From Camelus dromedarius (taxonomy: Eukaryota): 64,000 nucleotides of DNA. Positions 14,181-28,572 of this stretch are shown here, piece after piece. Numbering within the stretch: the first letter of the stretch is position 1; every line of letters starts with the position of its first letter. The notes below the pieces were generated by a model, which saw only the letters and a list, made by a program, of their open reading frames with translations, made no database searches and was not told where the DNA came from. The stretch lies in the NCBI RefSeq assembly GCF_036321535.1, contig NC_087437.1, positions 78,680,001-78,744,000 of the forward strand, in the 5' to 3' direction. The position numbers and the translations under genes are program-made.

Positions 14181-16709
14181 CATCCCATCTAGGTACAAGT
14201 TTCTGTAATCTTAATCTTAAAATAGTGAATCTAATCTTAAAATAGTTAATGAGGAAAATAAAGCACCACTTTTGTGTATTAAATAAATCACAGATCTAAT
14301 TACAGAAGAGACTCTTGAAATGCAGAGAAGCAAGTTGTAGGAAGCTTTGGGAATTTATCTCTGACTAACTTACCCTCTCTGCTCATGTCAAAGCATATTC
14401 ATTGTTTGGTTTTTATCTCAGTGGGCATCTAGTTTAATCCTAAATTCTAATTATCTATCCTTCATAAAAGGATTTCAATCAAGTCTTTATAACTGAATAA
14501 ATATTGCTAGAGTTGGGGAACTCAAAATTTCTTAGGGGAGACTTTATTTTCAGATACTGCAAATAACTATACTAAAAAGTTTTTATTGCTTCTCTTTTCC
14601 TCAAAGTATAATCCTCATGTATAATAGCTATGCTTTATTCCTCTCACTATAACAAAGGAAGCATTCTTCATGGAGCATGTTGAGAGTAATCAGATAATAA
14701 AAATACATAGTCTTAAAATATCTTAGCTAAAAGTTGACCTCAACTATATAAATAACCAGTTCAAATTTACTAGCAAGAATGTTGATAATACGAAATGCAG
14801 TTTAATGAGTTGAAATCATGATGACCTGAAGTAAACAAGAGCTAAGGGCTAAAAATTACAAGAGAAAAGCAAATCTGAATGTCCTTAATTGGTAATGCCT
14901 TTCTATTTATTTTAGGGAATGCCAGATTAAGAATGAGAAAAAAGTAATCTGTTTTATTAGACATATATGGTAAATCTATGCTTTAAAATGTAATGCTTCA
15001 AAACCAAAACCTTCAAAAAAAAAAAAAAGGAATTAGAAATCTAACACCTTCTTTCAAATATAGAAATGTGTTCATTCATTCAATTGAGATTTTTGTAAAC
15101 ACTTCACCTTACTCTAGACTCTCACCATTTGATATCTGCAGCGGGTCTTTAGTCAGTCTCTTTGCCCAGATTTGTTTGCCTTTCTTGCCATTTCTTACTT
15201 TATACATTTGCCAGACCAATCCGACAAAATAGCACCAATGGCAGATATAGTAATGATAAGGAAATAGTATGATGGCACTAATCTCTCAATAACTTACAAT
15301 AGCACCCTATGACCTACTGTGTCAAGTGTAAATGTTCCTTGAATTTCAAAAATATTCTGTAAGTTGTTCTTTCTTCACCAGCTCAAACCCTATCTCCTCT
15401 TTTTATGCCAACTGCACCTCTACACATATTACAGATATTCTACTCATGACTTACTCTATTCTTCTGCCATCTAGAATAACATCCATTTTTGATTCTTAAA
15501 CTTATTTAAGAATCATTTTCTTTCAAAATCTGGCCTTCTTTCTGTCTGCTTTGGAATTTGTCTTTTATAAACTTCAGTTTTACCTATTACTATGTCATAT
15601 AATTTAGAACTTGTTTTTTCTAATTTTTCAAAATAATTTTTCTTTCAACTAAATTACAAGCTATTTGACAGCAGTTGTGTATCTTTGTAGCAAAACTTGG
15701 CAAACTGTTACTTCATAGCAAGTTTCCTCAATGGAATGATATCTTAAGTGGAAGAAAGAATATGTATATAGCAAGATATGTAAATACACTTGTGATAATT
15801 TTTAGGCCAAATTCTTAAATATAAGCTGTTACAGACGGTAACAAAGAAAAACATGCATAATGAGAAGAGGCATGAAAAGAACAATTCATGGTTTTCTCTT
15901 TTTTGTATAACAAATGGGTTAATAATAATAATACTAATAATACTACTACTATTAATAATAATGAACAACCCAGTTTCCAATGAAAAACATATCTCTTCTC
16001 CTTTTGAAATGGAAGTTATGCAAACCACAACACCTGGACAATTCATTAAAGAAGATAATTCTAGATTTTTTATATTAAATTAAACTTATGGCATCTGTTG
16101 TAATATTTAAAGCTTATTTTATTATATTTAATGGGAGCAAACCTGGAACTTTTTGAAACTACATAAACTTTTCTAAGCCTATTGATCATTATTTGCTCTA
16201 TGACCTACCCACATTGGTTAAAGAAATTGAAAGGTTTAACATGAAAAGATAAAAAAAAGATGATAACTTGCAGTCATGTTTCATAAAAATGCATTAGAAT
16301 TTATTCAGTTTAGATTCCAAATATGCAAAGTTCAAATTAAAATAAAATCTCAATTTTTAATTATAAAAATGAATTTCTAATCATTGGAAGTGCCTAAAAA
16401 TAGAAGAATATATCTACTGTGTGATTTGATGTGTTTACTGACTGAAAACATTCAAGTAATGACACTTCTACTCATTACAAATTAAAATCTGAGACAGTAT
16501 AGTTGTGTGCTCAATGTGTGGTACAGAGAATAAGTGGCCAAAGGAGAAAAACTATAACTGCATTAAGGAAAGCAGAACACTTTTACTGAGGAGGCCAGAA
16601 TTGATCTGGGCCTTCTTGTAAATTCTGAACAGTTTACAAGACTTAGAATTTATAGAAAATTAATTGAATTTTAACATATGATAACCCTTAGGAATAAAAC
16701 ACAGTAAAA

Positions 16710-16780
16710 ATGAGAGAGAGAAACAGACACACAAAGAGAGGAGAGAAAGAGAGAGACAGGGACAGACAGAGACAGAGACA
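16710..16780 (+). repeat. GA/GACA-rich simple repeat
   Basis: gagagagagaaacagacacacaaagagaggagagaaagagagagacagggacagacagagacagagaca. Confidence 0.85.
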
Positions 16781-17459
16781 TAGGGTACAAAATGAGATGG
16801 AACTGAAATTTGAATACTGGTGATCCAATGCCTGAGATCAAATCCTTAACCTTCATTCCATACTACTCACTAGTCTATACATGTAAGATATGGTAGGTAA
16901 AAAGGACACAAGAAAAACAAAGGTAATAAAAAGCTTAGTGCAACAAAAGTATAGCTCTCCCATTGGAAAGAATTGAGAAAAATCATTGTAAATTATATTG
17001 GAGCTAGATTGCCAGTGTAGAGCATAATGTCCCAGCACTGCAAAATGTCAAAGTTGTGCATTATGCTTAGGAGTTAAGCTGCTGTATTTTGCACAGTTGA
17101 AATGACTGGAGGTTTTTCAGTAAAAGAGTCATATGTACTAGTTTTCCAACTGGGAGTTAACAAAGACCAACATACCATTGGGAAAACTGTATCTTACACA
17201 AAGCAAAACTACATACCAGTGACTTCTTAAACGAAAGAAGGTACAAGCCCTGTCAACTCCTCAGGTGTAAGAACAATAAGAAAACAGCATGAACCAAAAG
17301 TAAAAGCCAAAATGGGAATTTTGACTTCTTGAATACCAAACTGTCCTTGTCTGCTGAACTTTTGCCACTTTTACTTTTGTTAGAATTGATTTTCAACTAA
17401 TTTTTCATTCAAGAAGTAACATTGCCCTTGGTTAATTCCTGAATTCTGCATTAAAAGAG

Positions 17460-17620
17460 ATTGTAATTCAAACTCTATTTCTAAGATATGCTAAATATGT
17501 GACTTTGGACAAGTTGAGGAACCTCTTTAACTGAGTTCTTATTAAGTTTTATCTCTAGATGAGGAAATTGATATAAATTATTTTTCACGGATGTGATATA
17601 TATAAAGTGCTCAACCCACA
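17460..17620 (+). mobile_element. MIR remnant
   Basis: 'atatgtgactttggacaagttgaggaacctctttaactgagtt' ... 'atatataaagtgctcaac'. Confidence 0.5.
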
Positions 17621-17919
17621 TTTAACAATAATTTTTAATTTAGATTTTCATTTTTCTTAAGCTCTTCAAAATTAATAAATGGTAACTGATCCATGGATAA
17701 GTTTGGTATTAAGAAAAATATGTTGACTAAAAATAAATTCTAAGACTAGGATTCCAGCCTCAAGAGTTAAACATATGGATCAAAATACTAATTTTTTTAA
17801 GAGAGTAGTGTCTCCATTTCAGTCATACTGTTGAAAGACAATGAATTTGTCTGACAGTGTCTTCTTAAAACTTTAGGATAAATAATTTAACTTGCAACAT
17901 GTCTGTGAAGTTGGTATGA

Positions 17920-18045
17920 AATAGAAGATACCATCCTGATTTAAAATTCAGTACGTTGAAAATATTTATCCAAGTTTCTGGAAAAGTTAACGAGAGGCAA
18001 GGATCAGATTCAAATCTGCAGATTTCTACCCCAATATCTTTCCAC
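17920..18045 (-). mobile_element. MIR remnant
   Basis: 'atttatccaagtttc...agaggcaaggatcagattcaaatctgcagatt...tctttccac'. Confidence 0.45.
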
Positions 18046-18279
18046 ATGGCTGGAACGTTGTGATTTTGTCATGTCGAATATCGAAACAAGACCAACAGGG
18101 ATCCAAATAATTTCTGGAATATTTGCAATTGGAAAAGTTCCAGCAAAAATTCCTTCATAGCTTTTGCTCCAAAAGATAATTTGGGAATATACATAATAAC
18201 AAGTATATCATTATTATTTAAAAAATATACTAACTCAGAAATATCAGCCCACTGTATGGAGATAGTATTACTTCCAGTT

Positions 18280-18450
18280 TAATAGTCTAGACTCTGGAGT
18301 TAGACTGCCTTTATTTAAATACTGAACTCTGTTACTTTAAGGAAGATTACTTAGTCTGTCTAAATCTTACTGTCCATGTTCAAAAAACAGGGCTATATAC
18401 CTTATAAGATTGTTCTGAGGATTTAATAAAGTGGTGAATATAAAGACCCT
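18280..18450 (+). mobile_element. MIR remnant
   Basis: 'ctagactctggagttagactgcctttatttaaatactgaactctgttactt' ... 'taagattgttctgaggatttaat'. Confidence 0.6.
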
Positions 18451-19379
18451 GACAATGAAAAAGTCAACCCAACCAATGGAGGGAATTATATCTCTATCTC
18501 TCAGGCAAAACTGTCTTTAACACCTACAGAAAAAAGCAGATATTATGCAAATGATTTTATGGCTTCACCTTAAAGGAAAAATAAGTAAAGCTCAGTTTGT
18601 TTCATGAAAAGGGGCAGTAAGAAGCTAATAATCTTTTAGGAGATGTGTCCTTCATTGGCCTTGGAAGAGACTGATCAGACTAAGACGACCCCAGAGGAGT
18701 TGGAGATGATGTTGTACGACATTAACAAATCTCTAGGTGATTCTTAAGTGGAAGAAACATGGGAAGTGTTTCCCTAGTCTCATTAATATGGGAATTCTGG
18801 AATGTAAATCATGGAAGATTCAAGAACCTTGGTTGTTGATGTAAAGGGACATGTAGAAAACAATACTGGGGAGGGGTAAACCAGAAAGTTACCTGTAGCT
18901 CTACCATGCTGATAAAAATTTCATGTAATTCATGCATGTAATTCAGTAAGTTTGTACTCTAAATTGAAATCTATTAATCTCATATGCTTATTCATGATGA
19001 TGTGTCAAATAGGGGTTGGGTAGCATTTTTCCTTAGAAATCTGATAACTGTTTTACTTAAATCATTTAATTTAAATTTCATTTATGCCCTAATAGCCAGA
19101 CTTTGTAAATCACTGACATATGCAAAAAGAAACTGGGACCAGGGGACTGTTTTTATATATCAAGTAAGTTGAGCAGCCAAGATTCAAATCTAGCTCTCTA
19201 AATCAAGGCTTAGGCTATTCCAATCTAATCATGCCTTTTTGTTTTTTCAAATGTCCTTGAATTATGAGAGTAAAATGAGATTATTAATGACCTAAAACAC
19301 TGAGATATAAGTATGCTTTTTATGCTATCAAAAAGATTGTTAAAAGTTTAATAAGCAATCTGTTTTCCATATTTCAATC

Positions 19380-21050
19380 TCAGTAAGTGGCACATGTTAA
19401 GGCATAAATCCCTATATCCTCAGTGGCAAAAAGCAAAACAAAAAAGCCCCAGAAATGTAATGAAGACATAGTGAAAATAAAAAGCCAAAGAAGCCTGGGT
19501 AAGCTTTTCATACATCTCTCACTAATCTGGGAACTCTGCACATGAACAGAGAAAACCCAAGAAAGCACAGTGGAAAGTAAAAGCTGAGACAGACTTAAAA
19601 ATTAACCTATTAGAAGAACACACTCTCTAATCCACACACAGACTTATTGGCAGAACGTGGAAGCCTTACAATCTCAAGACATTTAAGGAAAACAACTACT
19701 CAGCTATTGGCTGATCACAGATCTATTCAGATACTGGAGCAACTTCTAACTAACAAATTAAAAAATAAAAATAAGAAAAATTTAAAAGATCAGGGACATT
19801 AATACCTGCACACCACGAAGGAAAAGATTAAATAAATGCAGATTAAAAAACAAGCAAGCAAACAAACAAACACCTTTAGGAAATTTTAAAAAATTGGAAT
19901 TGTTACACTTATGTTATCTAACATATCCAATTCTCAAAACAAGAAAAAGTTACAAGGCATACAAAGACACAGAAAAGTGTGGCTCATGCTCAAGAAGAAA
20001 GCAGTCAGTGGAAACTGTCTTTGAATGAGTACATATGTTGGATTTAGAAAATAATTCAAAGATGCTTTTATAGATATGTTAAAAGACTGCAAACAACTAT
20101 GTTTAAAGAGCTAAAGGAAAATATAACAGTGATTTGTCAAATAGGGGCTTCAATGGAGAAACAAAAAATATATTTTAAAATTCTAGAATTCAAGCATGCA
20201 ATAACCAAAATAAAAAATCAACTAGATGGATTCAAAAACAGAACAGAAATGGCAAAAGCAGTTAATTTGAATAGATCAATAGAAATCATCCAATATAAAG
20301 AACTGATGCAAAAAAAAATTAAAATAAAATGTACAGAGATATGTGGGATAACAAAAAGTATACTGATGGATGTATAATGGGATCCCTAGGGAGAGGAGAA
20401 AGAATATACAAAAATATTGAAGAATTTCCAAATTTGATTTCATTTAACTTCAGACAGAACAAAAAAAAGGAGGTTTCTATCTAGGCCATCAATAACAACT
20501 GCTGAAAGTAAAAGAGAAAAATATTAAAGCAGTAAGAGAAAGATGATTCATCTCTTATAGAACAGAAATAATATGATTTACCACTGCCTTTTCATCAGAA
20601 TAAAAAGGACAATCAGCAGTGAAATGACAAAATACTGAAAGGAAAAAAAAAAGTCAGTTAAGAATTCTATAACCAGTTAAACTGTCCTTCAAAATAAAGG
20701 CAACATATACTCACTTATAAAAAAAAAAAAAGAAAAGAAAAGGAATAGTTATTAGTACAGTTGGCCCTCACTATCTTCAGAAAATTGGTTCCAGGAGCCT
20801 TCGTGGATACCAAAATCTGCAGATGCTCAAGTCCCTTATATAAAATGGTGATGTACAACAAATACAATCATTCATCTATATCAGTGGGTTTTGCATACTA
20901 TGATTCAACCATCTGGGAATCAGTTTCAGTTCACAGTTGGTTGAATCCTTGATTGGCTGAATCTTTGGAGGCAAAACCCAGGGAATGTGGGCTGACTGAA
21001 CTTTTGACTCACAAGACAAAACTACAGAAAGAGATTTTGAATAAACAAGC
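19380..21050 (+). mobile_element. Old L1 5' region with ORF1 remnant, interrupted by a MER2-like element
   Basis: ORF 20099-20377 (MFKELKEN...ILEFKHAITKIKNQLDGFKNR) resembles the L1 ORF1p coiled coil; 'agaattctataaccagttaaactgtccttcaaa' near 20660 resembles the ORF1p RILYPAKLSF motif; many stops and frameshifts. Confidence 0.8.
20758..20998. mobile_element. MER2-like TcMar-Tigger non-autonomous element
   Basis: TA then TIR 'cagttggccctc' ... 'gtgggctgactg'; internal 'ttggttccaggag...gtggataccaaaatctgcagatgctcaagtcccttatataaaatgg'. Confidence 0.85.
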
Positions 21051-24000
21051 AGAGCTGTGTTATCTTTTTATACCTGTCTTATCACAAATTGTACAAAAAA
21101 AAGGATATAGTTTAGGTGTTTATTTGTGTATAGTTATTTATCATCAGCAGAATGAATAAGTACAAAGAGCTGATTTACAACTTGATAAAGAAGTTTGTGC
21201 CAAAAGTAAATCACCTATATTATTAAGGTTGTTTGATGATATTCCTTTTTTTCATAGTGAGACATTCTCAAAGAAGAAAGTGCATTTAAAAAAAATCATA
21301 GTTGAGTAACATATAGTCTGTGATCTGGCAGCTGGTCTATTGACCCCACACTGAGTAGCACTGCATACAATTACATTTATGAAATAGATATTGTATTTTA
21401 ATGAATGCTAAAATTCTTTATTAGAAGAGCAGTGTGAAAAAATAACAATATTTATTGCTTTGTGTATTTACTTCCCATTTGAAGAATTATAACCTAATAA
21501 AATGGATCAAATCTGAGTTTTACTTCCAAATTCTTCAAATTTTTATTATTATATTCATTTCTGAATTATATCACAAGATAATAGTTAAATATTTGTTAGT
21601 CCATTCTTTATTCAGGAAAGTCTATTTACTTTCAAATCATTCACATCCTCTCTAATTATTTTATACAATTATACAAGCTATAATAAAAATGCTCTTCCAT
21701 GTTTTTTCCTTAAGTTATTTTCTTTCCAACTCATGTCTAAATACTGTGAGGTCTAATGATTATAAGTCAGAAGATTTCTGATTACTCTATTTCTTCTTGA
21801 AAAATAGTAAAGAGCTTAACCTCAGATTAATTTACATTTTTGCATATCAGAAACTAAGGTCATTCTATTCAGGTAAGTAATATTTAAGGCTGAATTAGCT
21901 TTTTACCCTTTATCAATTTTTTATCAGTGAGTCCTCAATAAATTGTAAGTCCTTTTGGTTCTGATCTTTTACATGTTTTATCAGCAAAGGTAATTAAATA
22001 CTCCTAAACCATTCTAGGACTACCTTATGTAGTATCTTCCTGTAATTTGACCACACATTTTTATTGAACCAAAGCTATAGTTCTAGTCCTAAGCTCTCTC
22101 TGGGATTTCAAAGAGGAATAGTGTGTGATCTCTGGCCACAAGAGGCTAGCATCAGGCTCTAATTACAGAATTTCACTGTAGATAATGTAGATGTGGTATT
22201 AGTATAACTTTAAGAATTCTATAATTGTGTAGGTGTCACCAGGTGCACACATGAATATAGCACATGAATATATGATAAATAGTAAATATGTATAACATAA
22301 TTAGAAAATTCAATGGTATATTAAAATGCTGATTATGTGTTACAGACATACTGACATTTGATAAATTCATCAGAGAAGCTTCCTGAAAAAAGTAAGAAAT
22401 GAAGAATGATAAATTGTATTGGAAACAGAATTCTGTATGTATTGTATGAAAAGATATTGGCCTGACAGCAGTGAATAAAGGGCTTGTTTATGGGAGTAAA
22501 CACAAAAGTTGTTTTTTATATTCTAGTAAACAAAATTTAGTTGTCATAAATCTACCCTGTAATTTACCCAATTCTTACCAAATGTCAATACTTTATTTTA
22601 CTTTAAAATACTTTTTCGCTTTAAAAAATATGCTATGGCATTATGATCCGAGAGAGACATGTGAAAACTACCATCTTATTTCCCCAGTCAAACCTGGCCA
22701 GTGAAATTCTGTTTTCTGGTGATTCACAATTTAGATAAAAAGAAACTGTCAGTTAATTGAGAAAATTTAAAATCACTGTAGAACCAAGTGCTCTGGCTGC
22801 CATTTGGCATGGGGTAGGGGGTTATGGGGACCAAATTAAACCATGTGCAAGTAGAACCAAGAGTTTGTCTGTAGAAGAACAAAAATAAGACAATATACAG
22901 AGGGCTAGAGGACAGAAGTCAGCAGGTATTAGATATCTTTAAACCACAAAGAGAGACAGACTGAGTTTTCTATTCTTCAAGATATGTTTGCACATTTCTA
23001 CCTGTTTCAACTGATCTCTTCTATGAACTGAAAGTTTATTCAAATTACTTTTTGATACTAAACTACCAGTTATCTTAATACATTTTATTTCAAAATTTTG
23101 TTTGAAATTTGAGACTTGCATGGTTACTTATATATCTTGCATTTTTAGGCATTTTTACATGCTTCAAACTTCAAAATCTGTTATATTTCTTAAAATTTTC
23201 TATTGTTATTTTTTAGAAATGTAAAGTTTTTACTCAGTTTCATTTTAATACTGAGGAAACTTCACAAAGACTATGGACCTAGTTTGTTAAATATTGTCAC
23301 AATTTTTATTCCTATGGATAATGATTTGAGGATTTACAGTTGCACTGACCTAACATACAGTAAAAGTAGACCTAGAGTCCTGTTATTTACATTTATAAGA
23401 TACAGTGAGTAACATAAAGGTATGCTTAAGTATAATGTAACATTTAATATTCAGAGTTCAGATTGTCCTTAAAACACAAAAGCACCTAGGCATGGGTGGG
23501 ATCTTTAAAAGATTTAATGTTAAAATAAGTAAATTGAGACTGCACGTTTATCAAATATTACAAATTTCACCCCTTGAACAACTTACTGTTTTGAGAATCT
23601 GTTTTCAAAAGACCAACTCCTGTTCAAGACAAATACAGGCATATGAGAAGAAACACTTAGCACAAAATTTCTTCAGTCTATCGTCACAAAGTTATTTTGA
23701 ACAGGTGTGTTTATAATCATAAGAAACTGAGAAAATCAATCTTTAATGGCAAACTCCCATTTTCACCCCAGAACATGGGGCTAGAATGTTTTAACATACA
23801 AATTTTGGCAGAAAGAAGTCTTGTTAAAGTGTCTTATGCACCTCCTGTGAACATTATCTCCCTACGACACACCAGTCCCTTTATTTCATTATTGTTTTAA
23901 GGCACATTATAGACACAATAAAATAGGCATTTACAGGGCTACAGTGTCTCTTGTGTGGCAGCAAAGTACATTATCAAGCAGCCACAGGTGTACACCACAT

Positions 24001-25278
24001 GAAGTGGTACAATGTGATTTGTAGAGATCTGATGACAAATCTGTCTCTATAAGGCTCCATCCCAGGTTGTGCCCTCCATCTGTTCTACAGGTTTTCATCT
24101 GGTTGCATCTAAAGAAAGTAAAATATGTTCATCTTGAGATCTAAAGGAGTATTCTAAAAATGAATTAGTTTGATAAAGCAAAAAAGAAATGTATCACATT
24201 TACTGTGATTAAAAAATAATAAAGGCTGTTACTTATCAAATTAATTTTAAAATGCTTCCTACTTATTCCATCATAATGTAAAGCCTGACTACTATTCCAA
24301 ATCAAAGCCAGCATCATTGGCTAGGGCCAATATTAGCAATATACTCTCCACTTGATAAATCTGTGTATTTTTGCTTAATCCTCTACTGTGTCTCTTCAAT
24401 GGAAACAACAGTGAAAGTAAAATTCCCTTTCAGATATGTACAGAGATTCTTTCCTATAATCTAGGATATTTTCCTGCCTTGATCATTCCATTGTGAAATT
24501 CTAACATTTTTAGATAGACTAAACTTTTTTGGCTGACTGTAATAAATAGAGAACAGACTATGAAGCAAAACAAAAATTACATATATAGACAATGAATATG
24601 AAAGAGCTAGTTATTACTCAATGACAGTTTTGTCTTTCTGGCTTTAATTTTTGACTGCATTTAAGGGTTAGGGTTATTATTTGGACCTCTTCTATTTGCT
24701 GAACACGGAATAATCCTAAGACTCATGTAGCCAGTGATGTTTTCCTACTGTACCTCCCATTCTAAATTGTATTTATAGCTTAATATTTCTTGTTCCTTAT
24801 AAATAATCATAACAATAAATAATTTATCACACTGAGCTAAATTTCATTTTTTCAAAGCATATGAATTAATAGTTTCATACTCTGATGCTCATTCATTTAC
24901 ATATATATGTATGGGAGATATCTAATGAAATTCATTTGTACTTGGAGAGATGGTGGTTAGATATAAAGGGCATGCCAATACTTAAAGCTTACACTTGGAT
25001 ACTGGCTCGAGAATTTTAATAGCCAAAGGCTTTATTTGAACAAGAAAATAAATATAGCTAACATTTTTAAAAAAACAACTTTTCCCTAGAGAAATAAAAA
25101 AGCCTTAATCTATCTTGCTTAAAAAATAAAAACACATACTCAATAAATATTATTACAGTCCAAGTTTTAAAATGTCATATTAAAGACAATAATTGGATTG
25201 GGATAATAAAAGTAAAAAGGAGAAAAGCAAAAGAAATGTCAGGAAAAATAGAAAATAGAGGTGCAATAAAAATATGGT

Positions 25279-25950
25279 TGTTATGTCAGAGTCAAGTCAG
25301 AAGACAGAAACTATATCAATGATATGAACAGGGAGAATTTAATATTAGGAATTGCTAACTAATAAAAGGTGCTTACTAAATAGGATAAAGAAGACTTTAA
25401 GGAGTACAGAAGTAGCAGATGTATAAAGTTGTTCCTACCTCTAGGACTGAGGGAAAGTGTGTAAGAAAGGAACTTAAAAACTTATGATAGGGGCGGACTC
25501 AAAGCTGGGATTTAGACCTCTTTGGATAAAGTACGCAAAAGAGACACTCAGACTCTTGTGGCAAGTAAACTTGCTGAAGGATGTGGAGCAACCCTCCTGG
25601 TGGCAAAGAACTTGTACAACTGTGTGAGCTATGGCTGGTCCACAGCAGCAGCCCACTGGCTGGGTGGCAGAGAAACCCATCAGCGTGTTTGGGCTTCAGC
25701 TAGTTTATGAGGGTCTCTGAGGTTAACACTACCAAGCCTCCACATTCCAAACCACTACCTGTCAGGCCAAAAACTGCTCAACCCCTTCATCCTGCCCAGG
25801 TTTTGTAATCTCTCTCTAGTACCCTCTCTTGATAAAACCATACATCAAAATCAATTGTCCAAAGAGTAACATCCAGATCTAATATAACAATGCAGGAGAA
25901 GAAAGGATTGACGTGCTGCTGACAGTCAATAAATTGTTAACTGTTGCACT
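25279..25950 (-). mobile_element. ERVL LTR (LTR33/LTR41-like), the 3' LTR of a deleted provirus
   Basis: Antisense ends 'cagaagacagaaactatatcaatgatatgaacagggagaatttaatattaggaa' and 'ctgacagtcaataaattgttaactgttgca' match the class III LTR33/41 group; ERVL internal sequence abuts it. Confidence 0.7.
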
Positions 25951-28500
25951 CTACAACGATGGTTATTCACATTCCATACACACCTTTATACAAACATTTG
26001 AACTCCTTTAAGACAGTAGGAACAACTTCATATTTCCACCTAACAAGATATAGTTATTCTTTGTACAAAGTATGAAGTTCTTACCCTCCCCCAAAATGAG
26101 GGGTCACAGAGTCCTAATTGTCGTTATATCCCACAACTAGCTGTATTAGCTACTGCTCAAATCAAGTCACTATTTAACTGACCATTTGTTGTCTAAAGAA
26201 AAAGTATAAGTTTAACCTCCAATAATTTGTAGATAAAACAGTAAGAGAAAAGAGATTAAAAACAGGTAATATGTGTATAGAAAAAAATATATATACACAT
26301 AATAAACAAAAAAATATATATGCAAAGTTGAAGTCCTAACTTCTATAATTGATTATGAGGCTATATTTGATATTTGCAAATCATTCTTCTGCTACTTAGT
26401 CAATATTTCATTTGCTTTCAGCCAGAATATCAATTAGTGTTCTTTACCAGGTGTGACAACTCAAACCCCTCGTTTCTGTAGGATTTAAGTCTTCAATAGT
26501 TCTTTCTTTGGTTGCTCTGATTTTCCAATTACCTTTACTATTTCACACAAAAGTGTTAAGAGTCTGTACTCTTAAAAGTCCTCTGTGTTCCTACGGTGTA
26601 GAAGCAAAACCTGTATCTACGGGTAATCAGTATCAATCACTTCAGCCATTAGAGTAACCTTTTTCTGTCTATTAGTTCAGTGGACATGGAGCCCAAAATT
26701 GCAGGTGGCAAGCTTGTTTTCCAATTCAATAGTACCAGTGTTGCACTCTCATAAAGGAAGCATTCTCCCCTTGAGAATTAAGTCTATTTTACAAATAGAG
26801 CTCAAAGTTACCAGAGAAAAGCAAAAAGTCGTTGAGTAATTTATTAGGAATAATAGTGAGAAAAGACACTTTCTTGATTACTCTTTAATTTTCTGATTAC
26901 TGAATTCTGACTATGGACTGAAAGTATCATACAATGGTCTCTGATTCAAAGCATAAAATGCATGCTATAAGGGAGATCCCCATACTTTCAATATATTTTC
27001 TCCCAACTAATGCCATGCTTGAGTCATCAGTAAGCTATTGCATTAGGCCAGCCGCTTTTTGGTAATGAGGTAGCCAGTAAGTTCATGTGCTAAAATCCCC
27101 TTGGTAAAATTGAGCACAGGAGCCAATAACCTAGGCCTGTGCCTTTCCTGAACACTTACTCTGGACTTCTAGACCTTCTTGAAACCTCAGTTTTCTTGAA
27201 GAGCAATGGTTTTCAACAAAAACCAGATAAAGTTAGTCTAGATATGTTTTTACTTCTTAAAAAAGTATTTAAAATTTATCATCTTCAAAAACCTCTTTAT
27301 TCTCCTTATTTGGGGTCTATATTATAAAATGTCCATAATTGTTTCCTTTAGCATAATTAATTTATAGCTTAAATGGTTTTGACACTTCACTTTATAAGCT
27401 CCATTTTTTGCTGTTGAGTCTTCATATGAAATAAAAATTAAAATTAAAGTTGCATATGATAGGTTTCATGCTGATATGTCTCTGATTGGCACAAACTGTA
27501 TGACTTGGTTGGTATAACCAACATACTAGCAGTCCCTTGGAAGACACTTGGCAGACAAAGTTACTCAATTACATCTGAACAGGGCATTCCAACCCAATAA
27601 CTGGAATTAGGTTTCCAGCAATTATAATGCAAATCCTACTACACATAATAATTTTAGCTTTTCCACGACCTATAGGTGGATGGCAAGAATGATGTGTTGT
27701 TATACACACACATATAGAGTTTTATTATATTGGACACATATCTTCTTCATTATACTCACTCTTTTTAAACTTTCTTTTCTGTTAGGAAATGAAATTTTTT
27801 GCAGGGATTCATGAATTCTTAGCTACTCAAAAGTGATATTCTTGATTATATCTTTTACAGGTTCCTTCTAGAAATAGAAATGCTATTAAAACTTGATTAT
27901 TTTAAGTTTATCCCTTCAGCAACTCATCTAAATCTAGTTATTCTAATCAATAGTAATGACAGTTGTGCATAGTAGAACTGCAAGCAATTTTTCTTCTTAT
28001 GCAGCATGATTAAATAAATTCTTGTGTAGGATAGTGAAACCAGTTTTACATTGGTTTTATACCCAAGTTTGTCTTTGGTATTTTACCTCACTAGATGTTC
28101 AAAAGATATTTGCAAATCTCATTTTTTCCAACCTTGACACTGTTTATTTTGCTGATTTAAGTAATTTGATTTATTCTGCCACTGAGATACTGATTCTGTC
28201 TCAATCAGGTGACTGCTGAGATCCTAGGCAGAACTGCTATCCTGGTGAAAGAATACAGATCTGATCTTTGTGAGTTATTTATACTCTGGATACACATTGA
28301 ACTATTAACCCCAGTCAACAATCTCATAAGTGTTTGCCATAGTACTGTAAGACAAGGGGAAACTTTATGGGAATGTCAGTGAAAATTCACTTCCCTATCA
28401 TACTGAAGATGGCTCAGTAGCATCCTCACCTTTAAGAGGATAATGCTGACCAGTTATAGATGCCTTGAGACAATGAGCAGCATTTAGGAGGAATTTTCCA
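25951..28500 (-). mobile_element. ERVL internal remnant with gag/RT traces, integrase and dUTPase pseudo-domains
   Basis: Minus-strand translation across frameshifts gives LNWKTSLPP..FGL..VTLMAEVIDTDY..LLLH (dUTPase-like, ~26595-26770) and WGSPL*HAFYALNQRPLYD (integrase-like, ~26926-26985); this order is typical of ERVL. Confidence 0.8.
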
Positions 28501-28518
28501 GATAGATAGATCATGTCC

Positions 28519-28572
28519 ACGGAGAGTGACTAAGATATTTTAAGTACGGAGAGTGACTAAGATATTTTAAGT
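28519..28572 (+). repeat. Perfect 27-bp tandem duplication
   Basis: acggagagtgactaagatattttaagt x2 (28519-28545, 28546-28572). Confidence 0.95.

Noticed and set aside
21851..21878. 22-nt microexon ending in CAG|GTAAGT
   Set aside because: The length is not a multiple of 3, the acceptor is modest, and one perfect donor match is expected by chance in a window this size.
23985..24050. Small hairpins and a TGATGA motif suggesting a snoRNA or miRNA
   Set aside because: The stems are short and imperfect, and there is no properly placed C/D box pair with a terminal stem.
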